DNA from: a virus
Lineage: Duplodnaviria > Heunggongvirae > Uroviricota > Caudoviricetes
Strand: one strand, 5' to 3'
Virus record (IMG/VR): IMGVR_UViG_3300042905_002309
Span: 41,278 to 105,277 of that record
DNA length: 64,000 nucleotides
The notes beneath the pieces are model-generated. The model was not told the origin of the DNA and made no database searches. It saw only the letters and a program-made list of their open reading frames with translations. The stretch's first letter is position 1, and every line of letters begins with the position of its first letter. Shown piece after piece: positions 1 to 7,924 of this stretch. The translations under genes and the position numbers were made by a program.

Positions 1-35
1 TTCCGTTTTAATGTTTAAACTATTGACTCATAAAA

Positions 36-121
36 TGGCGGGGATGACGGGACTTAAACCCGCATTGCTTTTCAGCGTCACCGTGACAGGGTGATATGTC
101 TATCAATTCCACCACATCCCC
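36..121 (-). tRNA. tRNA-Asp(GTC) with long variable arm
   Basis: Cloverleaf GGGGATG/CATCCCC-G-CCA; anticodon arm TCACC-CTGTCAC-GGTGA; extra hairpin GCT-GAAA-AGC in variable region. Confidence 0.85.
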
Positions 122-127
122 AAAAAA

Positions 128-203
128 TGGTACTCGATCACAGAATCGAACTGTGATTTTCTGCATGTAAAACAGAAGTACTAGGCCGTTGTACGAATCG
201 AGC
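128..203 (-). tRNA. tRNA-Val(TAC)
   Basis: Anticodon arm TCTGT-TTTACAT-GCAGA, GTTCGA T-loop, encoded CCA. Confidence 0.9.
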
Positions 204-209
204 ATTAAA

Positions 210-518
210 TGGTCGAGAAAAGACTCCGCTTTAAGAGGATTTCACTATTGTTCTGTTGGTTCTCCCTTCACTCACGGTGATGGAGCCAACATCTATCTCT
301 CTTCTTAGTCTACCTGCACCTGAACTGGTGCTGTTCCTTTAGCCAACTGGATTTCACTGTTGTTCTCTACGTGGAGCCATATATCCCGCTATAGTCGGGG
401 TATGGACATGTATATGATCTATCAGTTGTGTTAACTATTTTCATGCAATTCTCTAGGGTTTAATCATTATGGAGAACTGCACTAAAATACGTTCAAAGCT
501 AATTAAACTATCTCTCGA
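210..518 (-). ncRNA. Unidentified ~310-nt structured RNA ending in ACCA with two GAUAGA/GAACAnnnGUGAAAUC modules
   Basis: 5' CGAGAGA pairs with 3' TTTCTCG followed by ACCA; spaced like a tRNA in the array; internal repeat at 237-254 and 349-366. Confidence 0.6.
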
Positions 519-669
519 AATTGGTAACGGATCAAATAATGGTCGTAAATTTCAGGCTTGTTATGATCGTGGTATAGCACTTTGTATTATTGATTCATCT
601 AAACAAAAGTATGTAAAGGAATCTAATAGTATCAAATTTCTTGATATCATAACTAACATAATAAACGAA

Positions 670-745
670 AGTAGCGGGTCAATGAGTCGAACATTGAATG
701 TATAGGTTATGAGCCTCACCAGAAAACCCTTTCTAGCTACCCGCA
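670..745 (-). tRNA. tRNA-Met(CAT), initiator-like, degenerate
   Basis: TGCGGGT/ACCCGCT with 1:72 mismatch, loop CTCATAA, GTTCGA; imperfect anticodon stem; no encoded CCA. Confidence 0.65.
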
Positions 746-756
746 AATTCTAAAAT

Positions 757-831
757 TGGTGCCGATAGAGGGAATCGAACCCACGCAAATCTGCTTATGA
801 AACAGACACTCAGCCATTGAGTGATATCGGC
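757..831 (-). tRNA. tRNA(CAT), elongator Met or Ile2
   Basis: TCTGT-TTCATAA-GCAGA, GGTTCGA, CCA. Confidence 0.85.
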
Positions 832-837
832 GTAAAA

Positions 838-922
838 TAATACCAAGTGTCCTGAACCTCTAGACGACTGATGAACTTTCATTCACCAAGATGGATTCGA
901 ACCATCGTTTCTCAGTTGATTA
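838..922 (-). ncRNA. Circularly permuted tRNA-like RNA (YrlA-like)
   Basis: Order is T-arm (GATGG-TTCGAAT-CCATC), acceptor stem closed by loop ATGAAAGT, D-arm (GTCT-AGAGGTTC-AGGAC); ends pair as an extended anticodon stem. Confidence 0.75.
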
Positions 923-925
923 AAC

Positions 926-992
926 GCAAGTGGTCTACTATTAACCTACAATAGTTTGATCTATCGTTGGAAGTTGCATCCAAACTACTTGC
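926..992 (-). ncRNA. Second circularly permuted tRNA-like RNA
   Basis: GCAAGT/ACTTGC closing stem; T-like arm TTGGA-TGCAACT-TCCAA; CGATAG-ATCAAA-CTATTG; D-like arm GGTT-AATAGTA-GACC. Confidence 0.65.
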
Positions 993-996
993 TAAA

Positions 997-1070
997 TGGT
1001 GGGAACAGAGAATTTCGAAATCTCATTGCTAGGGTTTCACTCTAGAGTACTGCCTTTGTACGACATTCCC
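997..1070 (-). tRNA. tRNA-Phe(GAA), atypical
   Basis: Loop GTGAAAC, acceptor GGGAATG/TGTTCCC, CCA; T53:T61 mismatch. Confidence 0.75.
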
Positions 1071-1271
1071 AAAAATCTATAGGTATCGTGTCCTAAAACG
1101 CTTACATTTACATGACTTTAAGTGTCATAATCAACTATCGCTGAAAATCTTCGAAATTCCGCTATAGTTGATTTGGAAATTGGTGTAGTCTCTCCTTACT
1201 GCCACTATTGACATGATCAGTGTACGGCTGGATGTCATTTCGGGTTAGTTACCGTATCCATTTCTGGAAAT

Positions 1272-1347
1272 TGGTGGAGCAGATGGGAGTTGAACCCACA
1301 TTATGCCACATTGCAGGTGTGGTGCATGGCCTTTATGCTACTGCCCC
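1272..1347 (-). tRNA. tRNA-Ala(TGC)
   Basis: G3:U70 pair; CCACA-CCTGCAA-TGTGG (C33); CCA. Confidence 0.9.
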
Positions 1348-1358
1348 ATAAAATATGT

Positions 1359-1423
1359 GCTGGATTTCACGAATGTTCCACCTACCACTCCACTGATCAG
1401 GTGGTTGTAAGGTGTCTATCAGC
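1359..1423 (-). ncRNA. Stand-alone GAUAGA/GAACAnnnGUGAAAUC module RNA
   Basis: GCTG-ATAGA-CACCT...AGGTG-GAACATTCGTGAAATC-CAGC; same core as the two modules in 210-518. Confidence 0.6.
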
Positions 1424-1427
1424 GTAA

Positions 1428-1484
1428 CAGACTAGTATGTTTTTTTCTTAATAATAGAATTTTTTTGTTTGCTGGAACTAGTCT
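1428..1484 (-). ncRNA. CAGCAA-stem small RNA, minimal copy
   Basis: AGACTAGT-TCCAGCAAAC...ACTAGTCT-G. Confidence 0.65.
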
Positions 1485-1490
1485 AAATTG

Positions 1491-1790
1491 TTAAATGTCC
1501 GAAGCTTCTCTTGTGCGTCTATAATCTTGGCTTCTTACATTGTTTTCTTCACTGGTTTGAAAATGGCTCGATACTGTTTCAACCTTCCATCCATTATCAT
1601 CACCAATTCTTAAATACTTTCCTAAGATTGCATACTTTGCAGGTATGTAAGCTACTTGTGTAGCATTTTTCTTAGAGAGTGTGCATTGTTTGTAATCATT
1701 CTTCATGATTTGTCTTCTGATTGTTGTAGTGTCACTATCTTCATAGGGACTTCTTAAAACATTGTCAGGTGTACTTGGATAAACTTTCAT
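1491..1790 (-). CDS. Small hypothetical protein inside tRNA array (start may be the internal Met of MKNDYKQC)
   Basis: ORF fills the only 300-nt gap between RNA genes. Confidence 0.55.
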   Translation of the reverse strand: MKVYPSTPDNVLRSPYEDSDTTTIRRQIMKNDYKQCTLSKKNATQVAYIPAKYAILGKYLRIGDDNGWKVETVSSHFQTSEENNVRSQDYRRTREASDI

Positions 1791-1816
1791 AATTACTTTC
1801 TTTCTTTGTTAAAAAA

Positions 1817-1891
1817 TGGCACCCGATAGGGGTTTCGATCCCCTTTCTAGAGTTTGAAGGACTCCTATCCTAGCCAGTAGACGAATCGGGT
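1817..1891 (-). tRNA. tRNA-Glu(TTC)
   Basis: GGAGT-CCTTCAA-ACTCT (C33), T-loop ATCGAAA, G73, CCA. Confidence 0.85.
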
Positions 1892-1900
1892 GTGTTAAAA

Positions 1901-1975
1901 TGGCACCTCATGAGGGTATCGATCCCTCTCCTACAGATTGAGAATCTATCGACCTAGCCACTAGTCCAATGAGGT
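1901..1975 (-). tRNA. tRNA-Glu(CTC)
   Basis: ATAGA-TTCTCAA-TCTGT, CCA. Confidence 0.85.
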
Positions 1976-1982
1976 ATTAAAG

Positions 1983-2071
1983 TGGTGCATCTGACAAGAG
2001 TTGAACTTGTATTTGCCTAACGGCCTTTTGGGTTCGTAGCCCAACGTGCTAATCCATTACACTACAGATGC
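1983..2071 (-). tRNA. tRNA-Arg(ACG) with long variable arm
   Basis: TTGGG-CTACGAA-CCCAA; V-arm GCC-GTTA-GGC; CCA. Confidence 0.85.
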
Positions 2072-2078
2072 ATAAAAA

Positions 2079-2154
2079 TGGTGCAGACACTAGGATTTTA
2101 ACCTAGAACAAGAGGATAGGAACCTCACATGATGTACACTTTCACCATGTCTGC
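2079..2154 (-). tRNA. tRNA-Arg(CCT)
   Basis: GAGG-TTCCTAT-CCTC, CCA. Confidence 0.8.
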
Positions 2155-2160
2155 ATGAAA

Positions 2161-2236
2161 TGGCGCAGATACCAAGATTCGAACTTGGAATTAAAGGGTA
2201 GAAACCTATCGTGATAGTCCGTTTCACTATACCTGC
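2161..2236 (-). tRNA. tRNA-Arg(TCT)
   Basis: Loop TTTCTAC, GTTCGAATC, CCA. Confidence 0.8.
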
Positions 2237-2244
2237 ATTAAAAT

Positions 2245-2320
2245 TGGAGCCAACAGTGACAATCGAAGTCACAGCCTTCACATTACCAATGTGATGTTCC
2301 GCCACTTGAACTATGTTGGC
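2245..2320 (-). tRNA. tRNA-Thr(GGT)
   Basis: TCACA-TTGGTAA-TGTGA, CCA. Confidence 0.9.
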
Positions 2321-2325
2321 AAAAA

Positions 2326-2402
2326 TGGTCGGTCTGGTGGAAGTCGAATCCACATTATACTGGTTAAGAGCCAGTTCTATATGCCTTTCTAGTCACAGAC
2401 CG
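2326..2402 (-). tRNA. tRNA-Lys(CTT)
   Basis: ACTGG-CTCTTAA-CCAGT, CCA. Confidence 0.85.
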
Positions 2403-2407
2403 ATAAA

Positions 2408-2482
2408 TGGTGCTCCTATTGGGTATCGAACCCACTTCCCAAGGGTAAAAGCCTCGTGTTAATCCACTACAACTCTAGGAGC
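2408..2482 (-). tRNA. tRNA-Lys(TTT)
   Basis: CGAGG-CTTTTAC-CCTTG, CCA. Confidence 0.85.
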
Positions 2483-2492
2483 GTAAAAAAAT

Positions 2493-2572
2493 TGGTGCGC
2501 CGAGTGAGAATTGAACTCACCTCGATCAATGTATAAGATTGAGCTAAATGCTACCAGCTTAGTTTTCGGCGC
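2493..2572 (-). tRNA. tRNA-Ile(TAT)
   Basis: TCAAT-CTTATAC-ATTGA, A73, CCA. Confidence 0.8.
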
Positions 2573-2576
2573 AAAA

Positions 2577-2654
2577 TGGTCAGCTAGGTCAGACTTGAAC
2601 TGACAATATTCCTGTATCCAAAACAGGTCGCCTACCAATTGGCATCACTAGCTG
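2577..2654 (-). tRNA. tRNA-Pro(TGG)
   Basis: C1:G72, CCTGT-TTTGGAT-ACAGG, CCA. Confidence 0.85.
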
Positions 2655-2773
2655 ATTAAAATTATTTGTGGTCTATCCCCACCGTCAAATCAATGCTGGT
2701 TCACTTTAATCCTGTTGACCAGTAAATTCACCTATCACATCAGGGTTCGTAGGTGAAGATGTATTGATTAAAT

Positions 2774-2850
2774 TGGTCGGAGTAACAGGGATCGAACCTG
2801 CATGACTTATGGGCCCAGGCCATACGCTTCGCCAATTAAGCTATACTCCG
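2774..2850 (-). tRNA. tRNA-Pro(TGG), second copy
   Basis: TATGG-CCTGGGC-CCATA (C33), CCA. Confidence 0.85.
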
Positions 2851-2856
2851 ATAAAA

Positions 2857-2933
2857 TGGTCGGCTATGGTGGTAACGATCCACCCTTCTCTGTGTATCAG
2901 ACAGAAGTAATCAAACCTATATACTAATAGCCG
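2857..2933 (-). tRNA. tRNA-Ile(GAT)
   Basis: TCTGT-CTGATAC-ACAGA, T-loop ATCGTTA, CCA. Confidence 0.85.
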
Positions 2934-2939
2934 ATAAAA

Positions 2940-3032
2940 TGGTGGCAATAGTAGGAATCGAACCTACCGTGTTTACCCGAAGGGAACAGATTTACAGTCT
3001 GCTACGACACAACCAATAGTCGTCTTACTGCC
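2940..3032 (-). tRNA. tRNA-Tyr(GTA)
   Basis: GCAGA-CTGTAAA-TCTGT, V-arm CCC-TTC-GGG, CCA. Confidence 0.9.
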
Positions 3033-3399
3033 ATAAAAGGTTTTACTATGAATTCCTAGAAGTTTCCTTCATTAAAAAAGTCATTGGGATTAGAACGCTT
3101 CCAATCAGCGGTTGAATTCTCGACTCTAACTGTGATTCAACAGACCTTATCTATTGAATAACATTCAACTTCTCACCGAATGAGGTTGAACTTAATCAAC
3201 CCCTCTTCTACGAGATTTACTAAGGTTCCCCAACGCATCAGGGAATCCTTTAAACAATCTATATTCAGTTTTCAAATATCTTCACAACATCTTTTAGCGT
3301 TGTAGGCACTTTCGCACCATTTATTAACAGCCCCATCGTCGCTGTTAACCTTGGATACCGTTCTTGTATCCTAACCGTTATAATATCAAGTCTATAAAC

Positions 3400-3427
3400 G
3401 AAAAAACCCACCGTTTTACTGGTGGGT
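3400..3427 (-). terminator. Intrinsic terminator / attenuator upstream of tRNA array 1
   Basis: ACCCACC-AGTAAAAC-GGTGGGT followed by a T run. Confidence 0.8.
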
Positions 3428-3448
3428 GTGTGATCCTAATGATCCTAT

Positions 3449-3538
3449 TTAACACCCACTACAACCTGCATCAAAGCGTTCTATCGCCTTGGGCATCGGT
3501 TTCACAGTTCCTCTATAAATTTCACAAACTCTATTCAT
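3449..3538 (-). CDS. Putative 29-aa leader peptide MNRVCEIYRGTVKPMPKAIERFDAGCSGC
   Basis: Purine-rich RBS, upstream TATAAATA; stop codon overlaps a strand complementary to the terminator. Confidence 0.5.
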   Translation of the reverse strand: MNRVCEIYRGTVKPMPKAIERFDAGCSGC

Positions 3539-3568
3539 AACTTCTCTCTTCATTAACTATTTATAACA

Positions 3569-3596
3569 ATCATATCACTTTTCTACAGAAAATCAA
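3569..3596 (-). promoter_or_regulatory. Sigma70-type promoter
   Basis: TTGATT-16 nt (TG)-TATGAT. Confidence 0.55.
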
Positions 3597-3781
3597 GAAA
3601 TATTTTCAACTTTCTTTTTACATACGGAATTCACTGCATATCTTATACAATTTCCGCACACTCTTCTGCCCTTGTTCCTTAGTAATTTTCTCTTACATCT
3701 AGAACAATGTACGTATCTCGTCTTCATTGTTAATAACTTATCATGACACTCACTGGAAGTCAATAGGTATTTTGAAAATTG

Positions 3782-4219
3782 TTAAATAGATTTCTTTCGT
3801 TTGGGTGTTTTAGGTTCTTGTACGGGTTTTTTATAATATACACCATGTATCATGATTAATCTATTTCGTATTGGACTTTTAGGATCGTTTGCCCATTTAA
3901 ATAAATCTTCGATGCTGTATTTGTCGATAGGATATCCTTTTGAACACCAAGCATACAATGGTTCAATGATATCCAATGCTGTACCATCTTCATGAACTCT
4001 TTTAATCTCACCATTATGTATTCTTTCGACAACTTTTACACAATTTTCAAAAAACGCTAAATGTATGTCATAATAATCATCTACATGTTCTGGATCAAAT
4101 AAACCCCGTTCTCCTGTAGCATTCCTTTTACTTGGTGGATTCTTTTTAAGATAATCTACAATATATTTCAAAGTATGTAAAACTGTTGTATACATCGTTG
4201 TTTCTTCTAATGTATTCAT
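3782..4219 (-). CDS. Hypothetical protein
   Basis: 145-aa ORF coupled to the upstream gene. Confidence 0.7.
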   Translation of the reverse strand: MNTLEETTMYTTVLHTLKYIVDYLKKNPPSKRNATGERGLFDPEHVDDYYDIHLAFFENCVKVVERIHNGEIKRVHEDGTALDIIEPLYAWCSKGYPIDKYSIEDLFKWANDPKSPIRNRLIMIHGVYYKKPVQEPKTPKRKKSI

Positions 4220-4632
4220 ATATTACTCCCTACATTCGTCTTTAGTTGTCCTGTATACGCAGGATCAAGCTTGTGACGTTGGGCTGTCTCTCGTTCTACA
4301 GCTTTATCATGTGCATCATTGTAATCCATCTTTGGATCAGCCTTCATTAATGATCTTTCATATACTTCGTGTTGAAAATTAAACCACATTTCCTTACGAT
4401 CTTCCATCTCTTCTACCCAAATCTCGTCTTTAGGTACGTAGTCATAAACATATCCGTGTCCCCCTTCGACAAAATCAACATTAATATTTGAACGAACAAA
4501 ATCACCATTTACAATGTATACGTTTACACCTTTAGCAATCTTGCTGTAGTTTGGCGAAAAGTGTTTCCAAGCTTGTTTTCCCGCTACCTTGGCATAATCT
4601 TTGAAATTCTTGAATGTGTGTTTAGTTTCCAT
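4216..4632 (-). CDS. Hypothetical protein with HExxE...H metal-binding-like motif
   Basis: FQHEVYERSLM...YNDAHDKA. Confidence 0.65.
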   Translation of the reverse strand: METKHTFKNFKDYAKVAGKQAWKHFSPNYSKIAKGVNVYIVNGDFVRSNINVDFVEGGHGYVYDYVPKDEIWVEEMEDRKEMWFNFQHEVYERSLMKADPKMDYNDAHDKAVERETAQRHKLDPAYTGQLKTNVGSNI

Positions 4633-5719
4633 TTGGCTCCGGTGTCTTTTGTTTTAAAATATCAGCAGTAAGGCTTCTTACAAGAGATTTAATTCTATTG
4701 ATATCATCTGATGCATCTACATTGACAAACGCTGTATAAATTTTACTCAATATCTTTCGATATAATGGCTCATTCTTCTTGAAATTATCAAGATACTTAT
4801 ACATCCACTCCAATGTACCACGTTGTTTGCTATTATGGTATAAGAATCTATCACGATTAACAACCTGACTATAAAAGTCTTTCTTTGTCATATCTGAATG
4901 ATAGGTGTAATACATATATTGTAATCTACGAATAAAACTAACTAAATTTGTGTAATATTCGATTGGTCGCTTAACATGTTCAACTCTTCGTGTACCTTCT
5001 GTCTCTTGTGCGATTAATTTTGGTTTTCTTCCTAATGATGGTATTTTCATTAGGACTTTAGAAATAGCTTCTTCGGCTGATTTAGCAGATATTACGATAA
5101 GTTTGTTATTATATGCAAATGATTGTCCATCCTTTTGCATTTCTGGTGTAGTTATTGTCCATTTCTTCAATTTATCAATCTTATAACCACGCATAGTGAC
5201 ATCAGTAGGTAACATCTTTCTTGATGGAGTACCACCAATATGCTTTTCATACTCTTTAATTGACATATCTGGTAATAAACCCTTTTTAATCTTATAAGTC
5301 ACTATCAAATACTGAATATAATGTAATAATTCATGTTCAGTTACATGTAATAGAAGTTCTGTTAAATTACTGTTTAAACTGATAGTAATATAACCTACAC
5401 CATCTTTGATATTCTTTCCAAGGTCTTTATTTTCAGGATTAGTTTTAGTGAAAAAACTATCTTCATATTTATTGTTATTAATTAAGATGATATGAGGGTT
5501 TATTTCGTTCAAAAAAGCCCAATTAGTGCCACTGAAATCAATAGCAAAATCTTTATTAGGAAAGGATTTACCTGAAAGCCGTTTAATACCTTCCCCTCGC
5601 ACTTTCTTATAAGAGGCTATGATTTGATCTTCAATATCCTTAAAAACATGCTTTGCGAGTGATATTGTCTCTAGTAGTATAGTCTCATCTAGTTTTGTAA
5701 AAATATTAAACTTAATCAT
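4622..5719 (-). CDS. Zincin-like (HExxH) hypothetical protein
   Basis: EHELLHYIQ motif; TAAATA late-promoter motif just upstream. Confidence 0.65.
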   Translation of the reverse strand: MIKFNIFTKLDETILLETISLAKHVFKDIEDQIIASYKKVRGEGIKRLSGKSFPNKDFAIDFSGTNWAFLNEINPHIILINNNKYEDSFFTKTNPENKDLGKNIKDGVGYITISLNSNLTELLLHVTEHELLHYIQYLIVTYKIKKGLLPDMSIKEYEKHIGGTPSRKMLPTDVTMRGYKIDKLKKWTITTPEMQKDGQSFAYNNKLIVISAKSAEEAISKVLMKIPSLGRKPKLIAQETEGTRRVEHVKRPIEYYTNLVSFIRRLQYMYYTYHSDMTKKDFYSQVVNRDRFLYHNSKQRGTLEWMYKYLDNFKKNEPLYRKILSKIYTAFVNVDASDDINRIKSLVRSLTADILKQKTPEPNGN

Positions 5720-5727
5720 GTAACTAT

Positions 5728-6015
5728 TTATACACAATTCGGACAAATATAAGACATTTTTTTACCATGAAAAATCCAACCTACCCTAGCAGCTTCTTTC
5801 CAAGTGGTTTCTCGCTTACACCCCCCACAAAGAATCATGAAATTAGACGATAAAACCTCATCATAAACCAAATTTATAATGTTTTTATCCACTTTAGGTT
5901 TTGTAAGAAGTTTCTTGGATGTTTTCTTACAAGGTTTTGTCTGAAATTGTGCTTCTTTTTCAGACAAAACCTCAGAGTTAATTAAATTCAAAAGACTGTT
6001 TAAAGAGTCATTCAT
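5728..6015 (-). CDS. Small zinc-finger protein
   Basis: CGGC...CPNC. Confidence 0.6.
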   Translation of the reverse strand: MNDSLNSLLNLINSEVLSEKEAQFQTKPCKKTSKKLLTKPKVDKNIINLVYDEVLSSNFMILCGGCKRETTWKEAARVGWIFHGKKMSYICPNCV

Positions 6016-6016
6016 T

Positions 6017-6520
6017 TTAATCGTGTTCTACTTTACATTCCAAGGTTTTCTTAATCTCAAATAAGTAATACATACAGATACTCTTTAAAAGATCAGGAAC
6101 ATCACAGATAGAGTTATGCATAGATGAATCGCCAGTTAAGATGATATCTCCGTTATAAAATTTAGTTTGAATACGATAATACTGATTCAAAATATCTGTC
6201 ACAAGTTCTGCATCAGGTTGGACATACTGATATCCACCAAGTCCACTATCTTCTTTTAATGCTTCCAATCTAGCGATTAATGTGGTAAGTTGTTCTGTCT
6301 CGCGTCTAAAATGTTTACCCATTAATTCGTTTCCCATAATATCTTTACGTCTATCGGTAAAGCGTTCAATCAAACTTTCTGGTTCAAAATAATCATACTG
6401 AAATTCTTGTGCAATTGACTCACAAAAATCCATTATATTCACATCGTGAATACGTACAATATAACTTGCACTTGAACTGTTACTTACAAAACCGTTTCTT
6501 AATTTCATGATCTCTCCCAA
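6017..6520 (-). CDS. Phage protein with N-terminal KxRxGFVSNSSS motif
   Basis: MKLRNGFVSNSSSASY. Confidence 0.75.
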   Translation of the reverse strand: MGEIMKLRNGFVSNSSSASYIVRIHDVNIMDFCESIAQEFQYDYFEPESLIERFTDRRKDIMGNELMGKHFRRETEQLTTLIARLEALKEDSGLGGYQYVQPDAELVTDILNQYYRIQTKFYNGDIILTGDSSMHNSICDVPDLLKSICMYYLFEIKKTLECKVEHD

Positions 6521-6753
6521 TTTACTATATCTTCTTCGACTCCAATGTTCACTAAAAATTCACGCATATCAAAATTATCCATAGAAGTATAACCTTCTAC
6601 TGTGTGTGTTGTAACAGTAATAGTCCAAGGATTGTCATTAGTATGATCTGAATGATTCACAATATCAACTAATTGTTTAGCTGTAATCTTTATTAAAGGG
6701 ATTACAAAGCTACTTGAGCTACTATTACTTACAAATCCAATTCTTATTTTCAT
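6505..6753 (-). CDS. Paralogous phage protein with KxRxGFVSNSSS motif
   Basis: MKIRIGFVSNSSSSSF after a GGAG RBS. Confidence 0.75.
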   Translation of the reverse strand: MKIRIGFVSNSSSSSFVIPLIKITAKQLVDIVNHSDHTNDNPWTITVTTHTVEGYTSMDNFDMREFLVNIGVEEDIVNWERS

Positions 6754-6945
6754 ATTATCTCCAAATTCTCCTATAACCATCAACGGGAAACATCTGTCTA
6801 AAAATTCTTTTTGGTGCAGTTTCAATATCTCTATGATAAAGCATTGAGAATATACAGAATTTACCAATAAAATACTTATATACAACGCCACTTAAAGGAT
6901 ACATGAAGATTGCGGGTACATACCAAACCTTTTCTCGTGTTCTTT

Positions 6946-7734
6946 TCATGTTTGACTCCTTATTAATTCTATAATATTTGGTGGTGTATAATATTTTTTG
7001 AGTTTACTTAAATCCATAATACTATTTACCAAATGTAATCCTTGTTGTCTACGTATTTCTTCAATACTGATAATCTCTTTCTTCATTCCCATCAATAATC
7101 CGATTTCATGCATACTGACATAACCATCACATGCCACATTATAGGCTCCTGTGCATTCATTATCAATCAAAATCTTAATCGCTTTTGTTAATATTGTAAC
7201 ATTGGTTACACTGTCCTTTTCGTCACACAACTTATCAAAGCGTTTTATTTTGTTTAGTAAATTGTTTTCACGAGCACTAAAATCAAAAAATAATCTTGGT
7301 CGTATAATCAAATCTCTGTCAAAATCACAACCCTTTTCGCCATGCCATTTTGTTAAGGTGTAATTACAATGTGCGGAAAGAAAATCTGTCTCCTTTTGTG
7401 GTGTATCGTTTCTGTCGTATAAGCAACCAGTTGAAATCTGTACAAATTTCTTATTACCACCATTGCACCATTGACTTAAAACCTGTGGAATAACAGCATT
7501 ACTAAAAAATGCCTCATTATAATTCTCTTCACAATATCTAGTATTACTCTTCGCAATACAATTTATTACCACATCAAATTTATCTAATTTTCTTGCCATA
7601 TAAAACGGAAATTCTAATGAATCGTTTATTTGGATTTGTGATAAATTGAACCTTTCCTTATCAAGAACCGTATAATGAAGTTTTTCGAACTCATGTCCTA
7701 AATACCCCGAACCTAATACTACAACTTTATTCAT
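6946..7734 (-). CDS. NAD-dependent sugar-nucleotide reductase/epimerase (RmlD-like SDR)
   Basis: VVVLGSGYLG Rossmann motif, VINCIA, ISTGCLY, YxxxK (YTLTK). Confidence 0.85.
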   Translation of the reverse strand: MNKVVVLGSGYLGHEFEKLHYTVLDKERFNLSQIQINDSLEFPFYMARKLDKFDVVINCIAKSNTRYCEENYNEAFFSNAVIPQVLSQWCNGGNKKFVQISTGCLYDRNDTPQKETDFLSAHCNYTLTKWHGEKGCDFDRDLIIRPRLFFDFSARENNLLNKIKRFDKLCDEKDSVTNVTILTKAIKILIDNECTGAYNVACDGYVSMHEIGLLMGMKKEIISIEEIRRQQGLHLVNSIMDLSKLKKYYTPPNIIELIRSQT

Positions 7735-7924
7735 ACTTACTTCTCCATATGTATCGTTTTTCGACAAAGAATTTCCTGACAAAACATTTTTACTGCATCA
7801 GGTGCTTTATTAAACTCATCTACAGCCTCATCATATAACCATTTTGTTAAGTATTGTACCTGTGATCCATTTTTATAGACCACTACATAAGATTTAGATT
7901 CAATAAATTCTTCTACTTTTTGTT

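Noticed and set aside
210-518. RNase P RNA or tmRNA
   Set aside because: No GAGGAAAGUCC/P4 signature, and no GGGG 5' end, T-arm or tag ORF.
868-874. CTGATGA hammerhead core on the plus strand
   Set aside because: It is the antisense of the permuted tRNA acceptor strand, and no matching GAAA-stem arrangement follows.
1817-1891. Possible UCA (opal suppressor/Sec) anticodon in CTTCAAA
   Set aside because: The 5-bp stem GGAGT/ACTCT fixes the loop as CCTTCAA (TTC, Glu), and the body resembles the neighbouring tRNA-Glu.
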